Source: an uncultured Bordetella sp.
GTDB lineage: Bacteria; Pseudomonadota; Gammaproteobacteria; Burkholderiales; Burkholderiaceae_A
Assembly (NCBI GenBank): GCA_964345065.1
Contig: CAYFPT010000001.1
Coordinates: 1-48,059 of the forward strand
Reading direction: 5' to 3'
Length of the DNA: 48,059 nt
Position 1 is the first letter of the stretch. Every line of letters starts with the position of its first letter. Positions 18,598 through 28,438 of the stretch are shown piece by piece. The notes beneath the pieces were generated by a model. It saw only the letters and a program-made list of their open reading frames with translations, did no database searches and was not told the origin of the DNA. The position numbers and the translations under genes were made by a program.

Positions 18598-20730
18598 ATG
18601 CGGGGACTTCATGTCGGGGTTGATATCGGCGGAACCTTCACGGACTGTGTGGTGATTACCGAAAAAGGGGCGATTGTTACAACAAAATCCCCGTCGACGC
18701 CTCCACATTTCGCGGACGGCATGATGGCTGCGCTCGAGCAGGCGGGCAAAGAATTGGGCCTGACGTTTTCAGAATTCTGCGACAAGATTGCAGTGCTGAC
18801 CCATGGCACAACGGTCGGCACCAATGCGCTGATTCAGCGCCGCGGCGCAAAAGTGGGACTCATCACCACACGCGGACACGAAGATGCAATCCACATTATG
18901 CGCGGCTCGCGTGGCGTGACGTCCCGCAACCTTAACCAGGTCGTTCATTTTCCCGAAAGCCAAAAGCCCGTCCCTATTGTTCCAAAAAAATGGGTTCGCG
19001 GAGTATCCGAACGGGTCGATTGTATGGGTCAGACCATCGTTCCCATCAGCAAGACCGACGTCGATCAGGCGATTACGGAACTTTTAGAGCAGGGTGTTGA
19101 GGCCATTGCAGTCTGTCTGCTTTGGTCATTCAAATCACCCGCGCACGAGCAGTACATCAAGCAGCAGATCCTCAAACGGGCGCCAAATGTGTTTGTCTCA
19201 TGCTCGGTAGATCTTGCCCCCAAGTGGGGCGAGTATGAGCGCATGACGGCGACCGCACTTAATGCATATATTGGGCCGGTCACGTCGGACTATCTGAAAA
19301 AACTCGACCGACGTCTAAAGTCTGCCGGATACAAAAAGCCACTTCAGATTACCCAGTGCGGTGGCGGCTCGATCTCGGTTGAACGCGCGATTGAGGCACC
19401 TCTGCTGACGCTGGATTCGGGTCCGGTCTCGGGTGTTACCGGCTCCCAGTTTCTTGGGCGTATCCTAAAAATTGAAAATATGATTACGACGGATATGGGG
19501 GGAACCTCTTTTGATGTCGGAATTATCCACCGGGGCCAGCCATCGTTTAGTTTTATGGCCAACGTGGCCCAATATGAGTACTTTATTCCGAAAGTCGATA
19601 TCCAGGCGATCGGCTCCGGCGGCGGCTCTCTTGCGGTCGTTGACCGAACCACCAAGACCCTCCGGGTCGGGCCCGAATCGGCCGGGGCCAACCCGGGTCC
19701 GGCCTGCTATGGGAAAGGCAATGACACACCAACGGTCACGGATGCTGATCTTGTCTTGGGATATCTCGATCCCAATAATTTCTTGGGGGGAAAGATCGTA
19801 TTGAATCGAGAAAAATCGGTCGCCGCAGTGCAGCGTGTGGCGGACCAGCTCGGCCTTGGTCTTTATGAGACTGCGGCGGGAATCGCCAAAATTGCCGAGT
19901 TCAAAATGGCCGACATTATTCGAAAGACCACCGTTGAAAAGGGCCTCGACCCAAGGGATTTTTCCTTGTTCGCTTTTGGCGGCGCAGGCCCCGTGCATGC
20001 AGGAATATTTGCGCGCGAACTCGGCGCTCAAAAGGTTTTGGTGCCACTGAATCGGGTGGCGTCGACATGGTGTGCATTTGGGGCGGCAACCGCCAACCTC
20101 CTTCACATCCATGAGCGGGTGGAAATTATTCCGTCACCTTTTCAGCTTGCCGCCATCAACAGCATTCTTGGAGACCTCTATAAGACTGCGGGCCAACAGA
20201 TGGGCTCGGACGGAATCCCCACCTCTGGCCGGACGTTTCAATTCTCTGTCGATATGCGACACCGGGGCCAAATTAATGAGGTGGAGGTTCCCCTGACCAG
20301 CACCCCAATCAAGGGGGGGCTTCGACTCAACGACCAGGATCTGAATGCCCTGATTGAACGGTTTTACCTTCGATACGAGGCCATCTATGGAAAGGGATCG
20401 TCTTATCGTGATTCACGTCTGGAGATGGTGACATTCAGATTAAGAGCGATGGGCGCCGCCAGAACCGTAACGCTTCCCAAGGCCAAGCGCAGCGCCCGCG
20501 TGATCAAGGCCAGTGCAAAAACTGGCAAGCGCCGAGTCTATTGGACTGATCTTGGCCGACAGATGATGACTCAGATTTATAACGGTGAGCTCCTGGATTG
20601 CGGCAACACGGTGACGGGGCCAGCCATTGTTGAAACCAGCCACACCACGATCGTGGTGCATCCGCAGCAGAAATTGCTGGTAGATGCCTACGGAAATTTC
20701 GAATTGAAGTTAGGGGGCCATCATGCTTAA
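18598..20730 (+). CDS. Hydantoinase/oxoprolinase A subunit (ATP-binding; acetone carboxylase beta-like)
   Basis: DIGGTFTD, HGTTVGTN, DMGGTSFD, GPESAGA.PGPACY and FGGAG. Start at ATG 18598 (AAGGAG); ORF open from 18580. Confidence 0.93.
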   Translation: MRGLHVGVDIGGTFTDCVVITEKGAIVTTKSPSTPPHFADGMMAALEQAGKELGLTFSEFCDKIAVLTHGTTVGTNALIQRRGAKVGLITTRGHEDAIHIMRGSRGVTSRNLNQVVHFPESQKPVPIVPKKWVRGVSERVDCMGQTIVPISKTDVDQAITELLEQGVEAIAVCLLWSFKSPAHEQYIKQQILKRAPNVFVSCSVDLAPKWGEYERMTATALNAYIGPVTSDYLKKLDRRLKSAGYKKPLQITQCGGGSISVERAIEAPLLTLDSGPVSGVTGSQFLGRILKIENMITTDMGGTSFDVGIIHRGQPSFSFMANVAQYEYFIPKVDIQAIGSGGGSLAVVDRTTKTLRVGPESAGANPGPACYGKGNDTPTVTDADLVLGYLDPNNFLGGKIVLNREKSVAAVQRVADQLGLGLYETAAGIAKIAEFKMADIIRKTTVEKGLDPRDFSLFAFGGAGPVHAGIFARELGAQKVLVPLNRVASTWCAFGAATANLLHIHERVEIIPSPFQLAAINSILGDLYKTAGQQMGSDGIPTSGRTFQFSVDMRHRGQINEVEVPLTSTPIKGGLRLNDQDLNALIERFYLRYEAIYGKGSSYRDSRLEMVTFRLRAMGAARTVTLPKAKRSARVIKASAKTGKRRVYWTDLGRQMMTQIYNGELLDCGNTVTGPAIVETSHTTIVVHPQQKLLVDAYGNFELKLGGHHA

Positions 20731-23041
20731 GGTAAGCGAACTCAAGAACGTATCGTTTAATGGGCGGGAGACAGGCTATGTACCCCCTGAAAAACTCCGC
20801 ATTTCAAAAAAGCTCAAGCTGCATACCCGGGGGGCGAAAAAGCTGGATCCCATTACGTATGAAGTGATTCGGCACAGCCTGTGGAATGCAAACGAGGAGC
20901 ATGGGGCGACCATTCAGCGGCTTTCGGGGTCACCCGTCGCCATGTATGCACTCGATCTAAACCCGTCGATCCTCACGGAAGGCGGGGAGTTCGTCTACTT
21001 TGGCCCGTACATGCAATACATGTCGGGTGTGACGGATACCCAGGTGAAATGGATCCTGGAGAATCGATCCGAAAACCCCGGGATACAGGAAGGGGACATG
21101 TTTCTTGCGAATGATCCCTGGGTGGGCGCAGCCCACCAGCAGGATGTCATGCTGATCTGTCCGGTATTTCACGAAGGCGAACTCTTTTGTTGGGTGACCA
21201 ATTGCTTACATCAGTACGACATCGGAGGCATCACGCCGTCAAGTTTTTGTATGGCGGCCAAGGATGCTTTCGAAGAGGGAATACTGATTCCACCAATCAA
21301 AATCATAGAGCGCGGGGAAATCCGCAAAGACATTGAGGATCTCTATCTCAGATCCTCCCGCAAACCCGCCTCGGTTGCCCTTGATTTTCGGGCGCAGCTT
21401 GCGGGAAATACCACCGCACGGGAGCGCATCAAAAGTTTGTTGCAGAAATACGGTGCCGATACTGTCAAAGCGGTGATGCGAAAAATACTTGATGATGGTG
21501 AAGTTGCGTTTCTAGAAAAAATGTCACGGCTTCCGGACGGAGTCTGGCGCGATCGTACCTACGTGGAATGTTCTCGCCCGGGAGATCGAAAGACCCATCA
21601 GGTCAGCCTCACCCTCAGAAAAGCGGGCCATACGCTAATTTTCGAAAATGACGGCACCGCAGAGCAGGAGGGCGCAATGAATGCGACTTTTTCCGGCTGG
21701 CGCGGCTCAATCATGGTGGCGCTCAATCAGTTACTGTGCTGGGATCAATATTTTGCAATCGGCGGGGCCCTTCGGCACGTTCAATTTGATCCCACTCCGG
21801 GAACCATGAATTGCGCAAATTTCCCGGCCTCGGTCTCGACCGCACCGGTGCAGGCGATGGAAATTTCACTCTATCCGGCCTATAACGTCTTGGCCAAGAT
21901 GATCTATGCGGATCCCGAGATGCGCAAAGACATCATGTGTATCGGTGGCACGAGCCAGTGGCCCGCCACGATCTTCCGTGGCCAAGATCAGTGGGGGGAA
22001 AACTTTGGCTATATTCTCGTCGATCCCATTGGCGGCGCGATTGGTGCGTTCGCCACCGGTGATGGCATATCGACCGGAGGTCAATCCCGAACGCCGATCT
22101 GCAAGCTTCCTAATATTGAGCACACCGAGCAGACATTTCCGGTCTTGTTTCTGTATCGAAAAGAGCTCGTCGATTCGGGGGGCGCAGGGCAGAATCGGGG
22201 GGGGATGTCTGCGGAGAGTTGCTTTATTCCACACAACACGGCGCGCATCACCCACGATACGCTGTCCTCCGGAAATGCGGTCCCCACCTCGACAGGCATG
22301 ATGGGCGGCTACCCTGCGACGGTTAACATTTATAAATTTAAGAAGAACACCAATATCATTGACCGGTTTCGAGACGCGGATCTTCCGGGAGATATCTCCG
22401 AGCTGTCCGGCGAGGACGTTACCCTCGGCCTTCGTCAACAGAACTTTCAGCAGGAGCCCTCCGATGTCTATTCGGTCGTCTGGACGGGTGGGGGCGGTTA
22501 TGGCGATCCGCTGGCGAGGGATCCGGCTAAGGTCGCTGAGGACGTTAACGAACAGCGCGCGGTTTCTCTGCAGGCGGCTCGAGAGATCTACGGCGTTTTA
22601 TTAAAGGCGGATGGATCAGTTGATGAGGCCTCCACGTTGCAGCTACGAGATGAGATGCGGAACCGTCGCAAAGGTTATCCGGTGAACGGTCGGCAAGGCC
22701 TTGCACCAAAACAATTGGAGGGCAAAGTCACACGAGAGCTCACTGAGAATCTGGTGCTGCAGTATCCCGCCAAGGGAAAAACAAAATCGTCAAGTCTGCG
22801 CTGGGCTTGCCGACACTGCGCGACGGATCTGGGGCCAGCATCGGAAAACTATAAGCTCGGCTGCAGTCGGCATGACGCTCCTATCGCTACATCAAACCTC
22901 AATGTTGGCGACTGGAGACGGTATATTGATGAGGAGCCTGTCTTCCGACAATTTTTCTGTCCGGGCTGTGGCCATCTGATCGAGAATGAGATTGCCCGCT
23001 CAGCCGACCCCATTTTGCAGGATATTCAGATTCGACTCTGA
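20723..23041 (+). CDS. Hydantoinase B/oxoprolinase subunit with C-terminal acetone-carboxylase-gamma-like Zn domain
   Basis: NDPW.G..HQQD, H.YDIGG, DSGGAG..RGG and GGGGYGDP; C-terminal CRHC...CPGC. Confidence 0.9.
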   Translation: MLKVSELKNVSFNGRETGYVPPEKLRISKKLKLHTRGAKKLDPITYEVIRHSLWNANEEHGATIQRLSGSPVAMYALDLNPSILTEGGEFVYFGPYMQYMSGVTDTQVKWILENRSENPGIQEGDMFLANDPWVGAAHQQDVMLICPVFHEGELFCWVTNCLHQYDIGGITPSSFCMAAKDAFEEGILIPPIKIIERGEIRKDIEDLYLRSSRKPASVALDFRAQLAGNTTARERIKSLLQKYGADTVKAVMRKILDDGEVAFLEKMSRLPDGVWRDRTYVECSRPGDRKTHQVSLTLRKAGHTLIFENDGTAEQEGAMNATFSGWRGSIMVALNQLLCWDQYFAIGGALRHVQFDPTPGTMNCANFPASVSTAPVQAMEISLYPAYNVLAKMIYADPEMRKDIMCIGGTSQWPATIFRGQDQWGENFGYILVDPIGGAIGAFATGDGISTGGQSRTPICKLPNIEHTEQTFPVLFLYRKELVDSGGAGQNRGGMSAESCFIPHNTARITHDTLSSGNAVPTSTGMMGGYPATVNIYKFKKNTNIIDRFRDADLPGDISELSGEDVTLGLRQQNFQQEPSDVYSVVWTGGGGYGDPLARDPAKVAEDVNEQRAVSLQAAREIYGVLLKADGSVDEASTLQLRDEMRNRRKGYPVNGRQGLAPKQLEGKVTRELTENLVLQYPAKGKTKSSSLRWACRHCATDLGPASENYKLGCSRHDAPIATSNLNVGDWRRYIDEEPVFRQFFCPGCGHLIENEIARSADPILQDIQIRL

Positions 23042-23077
23042 GTCCTGATCGGTCGTTTTGGGGCGGTCGTTTACGGT

Positions 23078-23890
23078 CTAGAGCCCGAAATGGCCCTGCA
23101 AAATGCGATTAAAGCCAGCGGGATTCTGAATATTCGGAAGATGACCAGAGTCTGCTACACCGCAGTATTGCGCGTTGGGCAGTTGTGCGGCGAGTTCAGA
23201 AAGCGCCTTCGGGAAGGGGCCGTCATTTTCTCCCGAGAGAAATGTTATGCGGGCGGCGATTGATGGGGCAGCGTTCGCATAGTTCAATTTCTGGATCGCG
23301 CGCGCACAGCCCACAAAACCATTAACAGAGGTTGCACTAATCTGGGATTTAAATTTCTCAATTACATCAGCGTGACGAGAATTTTTTACATACTCCGTCC
23401 CAAACCACCGCTCGACCGTGGAGTCCGCAAGGGCTGCGCAGCCCTGGGAGATCGCCAGCTCAATACGCGGATTCCAAGACTCGGCCATTTCTTTAGGCAT
23501 ATCGGCTCGGGTATCGCAGATGATGAAACTTTCAAAACGATGGGGATGGTGTATGCCCAGACCGATTCCGACCATACCCCCTAATGAAAGGCCAATGTAA
23601 TGGGCCTTGGCGATGCCGAGGCTATTCAGCACTTCGATACAGTCCTGTCCAAGGTCATTGAGGGTGAACTCCGGCGCTGTCGGCCCAGACCGTCCGTGGC
23701 CCCGGGTATCCATTGCGATCACACGGTAGCCTCCTTGATGCAGTAACGCGGCCTGTTCCTCCCACATCATCGACGCGCTGAGAATTGAGTGGGACAGAAG
23801 GGCCACACCCCGCGATCCCGTCTCGCTATCGTAAACACAGATCTGCTGACCATTAGCGGAGAGTATTTTTTGAGTCCATCCGTTATTCAT
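23078..23890 (-). CDS. Alpha/beta hydrolase, 3-oxoadipate enol-lactonase (PcaD)-like
   Basis: DTRGHGRS, GLSLGG nucleophile elbow, GEND acid and SGHLPN His. Confidence 0.87.
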   Translation of the reverse strand: MNNGWTQKILSANGQQICVYDSETGSRGVALLSHSILSASMMWEEQAALLHQGGYRVIAMDTRGHGRSGPTAPEFTLNDLGQDCIEVLNSLGIAKAHYIGLSLGGMVGIGLGIHHPHRFESFIICDTRADMPKEMAESWNPRIELAISQGCAALADSTVERWFGTEYVKNSRHADVIEKFKSQISATSVNGFVGCARAIQKLNYANAAPSIAARITFLSGENDGPFPKALSELAAQLPNAQYCGVADSGHLPNIQNPAGFNRILQGHFGL

Positions 23891-23932
23891 GAGTGCCTTC
23901 CCAGTAGGATTGATTACCCGTCTACGAACCCG

Positions 23933-26233
23933 CTAGATCGGACCAAATTTTGGCGGCGGAACGCGTCGCCGTGAAGCCTTTTCATACGCTGAGGCCAACT
24001 GAAACACCGGCGCCTCTCGGCCAATCTCGGCCCGGAATACGAGAGAAAATGGCAGACCCGGCGCGGGAATTGTTTTCTTGTTTTTTCCGGGGCGTCCGTA
24101 GTACGACTGACCCTCCTCGGCCAGCGCAAATTCGGCATCGTAGACTTCCTGAACAAACCCCGCGGGAACCAGAAACTCTGTGAGGCCGGCGTTCGGGCCA
24201 TGAAAAGATTCAAAGAAATAATGTCGAGCAAGTTCGGGTTCCTCAGGGTACCCAATGCGCGCAGGCGGTAACACCGTATGGACCCGAACCAGCGCATCGA
24301 GGTGGTTCTCATGAAGCACCATCATATCAACTCGCCGTAAGAGCTCGCGTAACATGATCCGCTCATCGACCCCCTGACGACCACCGAGAGGATTTCGCGG
24401 ATCGGTCACCTCCTCCCAGTTCAAGAAGGCGGCCCTTTGGTCATCGCCCCAGAAACTTGAGCGGGAATTGAGCTCCCGCCAGTTTGACAAGGTCTCCTGT
24501 ATGCCCCAGCGTTGCCAGTCTTCTGCACGGCGTCGAAGATACTGGCTGATATGCAGCCGAAATGCGTTAGCCAAAATCTGTTCCTGAACTGTTGCGAGAT
24601 CGAGATTTTCTGGTGGGGGAATCTTGAGATCCGACAGTTCAACCAGATAGTCAATTGGCGCCATTGCGCCTGACCCAAAAATTTTTCCAGGCTGAAATTC
24701 GGTTGGCCGAATCTGGGCGGCGAAATCGGGAAATACTGGCCTGCCCGCAGCATCAAGCCGAAATAAAATATCGGGCATAAAAACCGGAATCAGCCGGGCT
24801 AAAGCATCTTGGAAGCAGGTCACCATCTGCTCAATGCTGGGGTCGGGTTTCCAGTGCCGATGTCGGGACTCCACCAAGGCCAGTCCGAGTTGCCCGCCCA
24901 GAACCTCTTTTATTTCCTTTGCCGCCGCCGCGATAATCGGCCGGACCGCATCGGTTGTTTCGGGATTGAGCATTGACTCTCTGATCACGCCGAGCCGTAG
25001 GCCTTTCAGGTTCTGAAGATTCTCGGGACTCGCCGAGTGCGGAAGGAGCCCCTCTGGCGGCGGATAACTACTGCGTGCGACGGTAGTGTAGGGGTCACGA
25101 GGATCGTAGTAGCTGCCGCGCTCGTCGCGCAACGCATCAAGAATGCGGGCGCAGTCGTCGAGTGTCTTGGCCATCACGCCGGTCCGGTCGCAGTAAATAT
25201 CTGCCCCAATGGCTCCGCCATCAAACCCCATCATGGCCTTATGCGGAAGAATTAACGCAATGCTGTTATGGTTGGCCGGACCCCGCGTGGACATGCGGGT
25301 TTCTTCTCCAAGGCTGGCCATGACCATATTGGTCGACACCGACACACCTGAACCAGAACTGGATCCTAATGATGCTGAGCGGGAAGTGTCGTATGGATTG
25401 GCCGGATTCCCGCCCCACGTGGAACGCTGGTAGCCGCAGACCGACGGTAAAAGTTTTTCGGCCCGATGCCTTCCGCCGGGGTCGCCGGCCCGGCCGTTAT
25501 ATTCCGTCATCACAGACTTTGCGAAAATAATCGCGCCGCGCTCCCGCAGTCGCTCAACCAGCTGGTGATCTCGGGCAGGAAAATCGACATCAAAGCGGGC
25601 ATCTGCCCCACCGGTTGAACGCATGTCTTTGGTGTCAAAAGCATCTTTGAAGGAGAAGACCACACCATAAAGCGGCATCTTCACGAGATCAGGGCGGCAG
25701 CCATATTGTTTGTCGAGTTGCTGAGCCTGTTCGAGCGCATCCGGATAGCGACGAAAAATCTCACAGACAGCAGGCGCTCCTTCCGGCAGCGGGCCTTCAT
25801 CGGGATGCCGGTCATAGTCACCACGACAGACTACCGAACGCTCGCCGCGGAGATTAATTGTCGATAACGCATTTACCTGCCCACTTTCGGGATCCCCGAC
25901 AAGCATGCCGTATTGCTGCACCACAGAAGGGTCCGATGCGGTGGTTCGCATTTCTCCAAACTCGAGCGCAGGTCCGCGATAACGCGCGAATTCAGGAAAA
26001 ACCTCAGAGGCGGGTTGCGTTCGGGAGGGGAAGGCCAGGGGTCGACGCGCCCTGATGGTGCCGGGACCGGATGCCACGGGGGCGCCATCGGATGTGACCA
26101 GAAGGCCTGTCGGCCCGTTAAATGCGGTGACACGCGCAAGGTACTGCTCAACGACCTCGACACATGTGGTTTCCCCACGCTGAATTGCGCGATGCAGATC
26201 CGCGATGGAAGCCTCAAAAACTGAGAATGACAT
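23933..26233 (-). CDS. Large amidase-signature family protein (766 aa)
   Basis: Start moved to ATG 26233 (GAGG RBS; FEASIADLH is a typical amidase N-terminus). FKD Lys, GSSSGSG cis-Ser, GEETRMSTRGP nucleophile region, C-terminal GLPFSL..AYE. Confidence 0.85.
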   Translation of the reverse strand: MSFSVFEASIADLHRAIQRGETTCVEVVEQYLARVTAFNGPTGLLVTSDGAPVASGPGTIRARRPLAFPSRTQPASEVFPEFARYRGPALEFGEMRTTASDPSVVQQYGMLVGDPESGQVNALSTINLRGERSVVCRGDYDRHPDEGPLPEGAPAVCEIFRRYPDALEQAQQLDKQYGCRPDLVKMPLYGVVFSFKDAFDTKDMRSTGGADARFDVDFPARDHQLVERLRERGAIIFAKSVMTEYNGRAGDPGGRHRAEKLLPSVCGYQRSTWGGNPANPYDTSRSASLGSSSGSGVSVSTNMVMASLGEETRMSTRGPANHNSIALILPHKAMMGFDGGAIGADIYCDRTGVMAKTLDDCARILDALRDERGSYYDPRDPYTTVARSSYPPPEGLLPHSASPENLQNLKGLRLGVIRESMLNPETTDAVRPIIAAAAKEIKEVLGGQLGLALVESRHRHWKPDPSIEQMVTCFQDALARLIPVFMPDILFRLDAAGRPVFPDFAAQIRPTEFQPGKIFGSGAMAPIDYLVELSDLKIPPPENLDLATVQEQILANAFRLHISQYLRRRAEDWQRWGIQETLSNWRELNSRSSFWGDDQRAAFLNWEEVTDPRNPLGGRQGVDERIMLRELLRRVDMMVLHENHLDALVRVHTVLPPARIGYPEEPELARHYFFESFHGPNAGLTEFLVPAGFVQEVYDAEFALAEEGQSYYGRPGKNKKTIPAPGLPFSLVFRAEIGREAPVFQLASAYEKASRRRVPPPKFGPI

Positions 26234-26362
26234 GGGGCATAATTCCTCTAGTAAGCAAATGATAAACAGCATCCCCAGCTTTGCAAGCCAGGACTGGCCC
26301 CGGGGCGACGCGGGCATTGATTGGCATGACCTTGTCTGTAAGCTACCCAAATTGGAGATTGA

Positions 26363-27139
26363 ATGACTATGACAACCCTTGTTCACCCCCTAGGAAAAAC
26401 TGATTTTGAGCGGGCTGGGCCCAGCGGAGAACGTCCGCTGGTGCTATTTCATACTCTGCTCGCCGACCGTACCGTCTATGACGTGATTTTTCCGGTTCTG
26501 GCAAAGTCCCGGGATGTCATCCGATTTCATTTTCCAGGTTTTGGCGATTCAAGCGGCCAGTGCCAGTCAATCGATGACTATGCACAGTGGGCCATTGCTT
26601 TTATAAAAGCGCTTGGACTCGGAAAGCCAGTAGAGATTTTTTCCAACGGTTTCGGGGGCTTTGTTTCGATCGGCGTAACGGGAGGGGCTCCCGAACTCGT
26701 TGCCAGACTCACCATTGCGAACAGTGGCGCCGCCTTTCCAGAAGACCGTAAACCACCCTTACTAAAAATGGCAGAGCTTGTTGAGACACAGGGAATATCG
26801 GCCGTGCTGGATACGGCCATCTCTCGAATGTTCCCCCCGGCTTTTGCCGCAGCCAATCCGGACTTGGTTCAGGCGAGGAAGTTGGCACTCTCTCAGACCC
26901 ACCCTCAGCAATTTGCCACCGCCTGTCGGGCCTTGGCAAAGCTCGATTTTCGTGAGACCGCTAGACAGATTCGCCGACCCGTAAGAATCGTTGCCGGCCT
27001 AGACGACGCCACGACGCCACCTGCTATGTCCCAGGAGCTCCATGAGTTAATCGCCGGATCGACTTATAGCGAAATTGCAGACTGTGGGCATTGTCCACAA
27101 CTCCAAAGGCCAAGCGAAATCCTTGGAATGCTCGGCTAA
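26363..27139 (+). CDS. Alpha/beta hydrolase-fold protein with Gly at the nucleophile position
   Basis: FHTL, PGFGDS, elbow FSNGFGG, GLDDATTP acid and CGHCP His. Confidence 0.83.
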   Translation: MTMTTLVHPLGKTDFERAGPSGERPLVLFHTLLADRTVYDVIFPVLAKSRDVIRFHFPGFGDSSGQCQSIDDYAQWAIAFIKALGLGKPVEIFSNGFGGFVSIGVTGGAPELVARLTIANSGAAFPEDRKPPLLKMAELVETQGISAVLDTAISRMFPPAFAAANPDLVQARKLALSQTHPQQFATACRALAKLDFRETARQIRRPVRIVAGLDDATTPPAMSQELHELIAGSTYSEIADCGHCPQLQRPSEILGMLG

Positions 27140-27201
27140 GTTAATCTAAGCAGTCTGGCACATGAATCAAGCCCATCTGATCAACCCATGAGGGACTACT
27201 G

Positions 27202-28431
27202 ATGAACCAAGACAATCTCATCGAAGTCATTACGGAAAATCGACTCCCGCATTACGAGCCCTATGGGTGGCACCACTGGCCCGAGCATCCCTGGCTCGCG
27301 TACCAATTCCGGCGCGGGCTCGGCGAGACTCAGGAAGGTGGGGGCGCCGTCAGTGAGGTATTTCAGGCCGCGAGCCGCATGATTCCGGGTGATCTCGAGA
27401 GTTGGCATAAAGAGTGGAAACATATTGCCGATCGAAACTGGACCCGAGGTGTGGAATGCGAATCTCAGGGCCATATCCGGACTGCGATGAACTGTTTTCT
27501 GCGGGCTGCTGACTATTACCGACAGGCCGAGTTTTACCTGAAACCCGATGATCCGCGTCGTCTGCCGACATTTGAAAAAATGGAGGCCTGCAGCCACCGC
27601 TTTATTCGAAATTTAAATCCCCCCGGGGAGGTGGTCGATATTCCGTATGAAAACGGTGTGTCACTCTGCGCTTACTTTGTGCGCTCGCCTTATCCCATCC
27701 AGCAGCAGCCTGTTCTGATCTGCATGGGGGGGCTCGATTCGATTAAGGATGAGATGTGGTTCATGCAGGCAAGGGGGGCCTTACAGCGCGGTATCGCTGT
27801 CTTGATGATTGATGGGCCAGGGCAGGGCGGAACCCTCAGACGACACCGCGTGCCGAATCGGGTTGATACCGAGGTGCCGATCGGAAAATGCATCGATTGG
27901 CTGGAGAAGCGGTCCGATGTGGACCGGACCCGAATCGCCGTATGTGGCTCAAGTCTCGGTGGTTACTACGCGGCTCGCGCCGGGTGTTATGAACATCGTC
28001 TTGCCGCATGCATTGCCCATGGTGCGATCTGGGCCATCACCGATCTCTGGGGTAACGCCGCTGAGGATCATGGACTCGCCGAACACATCAAGTGGGTTTT
28101 CGGCTGCAAAAGCATGAAAGAGGCAATGGTGAAGGCCAAAGATTTCACGCTCGATGGCCATTTGGATCATATGCGCTGTCCGTTTCTGGTGATGCATGGG
28201 GGCCACGACGTCCTGACCGTTTCACAGGCCCAAAAAGTCTTCGACTATGGAAAATCCAAGGGTAAAGACGTCACCCTGCGGTTGTTAAGCGAAGAGGAAA
28301 CCGGTGCCGAGCATTGCCAGCACGACAATCCAACGATTGGCCAGGAGATTCTTGGTGATTGGCTGGCGGATCGATTTGGGATTGATCAGCGTGCCCTATT
28401 GCAGAGTAGCAGCACGGGTTTCTCTCTCTGA
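27202..28431 (+). CDS. Alpha/beta hydrolase, 2,6-dihydroxypseudooxynicotine hydrolase/FrsA-like
   Basis: Helical N-domain (RAADYYRQAEF), GGLDSIKDE, DGPGQG, GSSLGGYY, GGHD and GAEHCQ. Confidence 0.85.
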   Translation: MNQDNLIEVITENRLPHYEPYGWHHWPEHPWLAYQFRRGLGETQEGGGAVSEVFQAASRMIPGDLESWHKEWKHIADRNWTRGVECESQGHIRTAMNCFLRAADYYRQAEFYLKPDDPRRLPTFEKMEACSHRFIRNLNPPGEVVDIPYENGVSLCAYFVRSPYPIQQQPVLICMGGLDSIKDEMWFMQARGALQRGIAVLMIDGPGQGGTLRRHRVPNRVDTEVPIGKCIDWLEKRSDVDRTRIAVCGSSLGGYYAARAGCYEHRLAACIAHGAIWAITDLWGNAAEDHGLAEHIKWVFGCKSMKEAMVKAKDFTLDGHLDHMRCPFLVMHGGHDVLTVSQAQKVFDYGKSKGKDVTLRLLSEEETGAEHCQHDNPTIGQEILGDWLADRFGIDQRALLQSSSTGFSL

Positions 28432-28438
28432 CCGCTGG

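Noticed and set aside
19465..20112. Long antisense or alternate-frame ORFs (also 7221..7811, 13666..14289, 15132..15737, 21866..22438, 29632..30258, 44224..44820)
   Set aside because: They lie on top of well-supported genes, have no recognisable motifs, and are expected shadows in GC-rich coding DNA.
18598..23041. Bona fide acetone carboxylase acxABC
   Set aside because: The gamma-like domain is fused, there is no sigma54 AcxR-type regulator, and the context is amide/heterocycle hydrolases. Only the family-level call is supportable.
26234..26386. N-terminal 51 aa of the 817-aa amidase ORF, overlapping the divergent gene
   Set aside because: The RBS and family N-terminus point to ATG 26233, so the extension is an ORF-caller artefact. 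Similar over-extensions were trimmed at 1264, 5914, 7066, 29704, 32131 and 42464.
26321..27172. Sigma54-like TGGCA elements (TTGGCATGACCTTGT near 26321, CTGGCACATGAATCAAGC near 27155)
   Set aside because: No GC at the required -12 spacing, and no sigma54 activator in the window.
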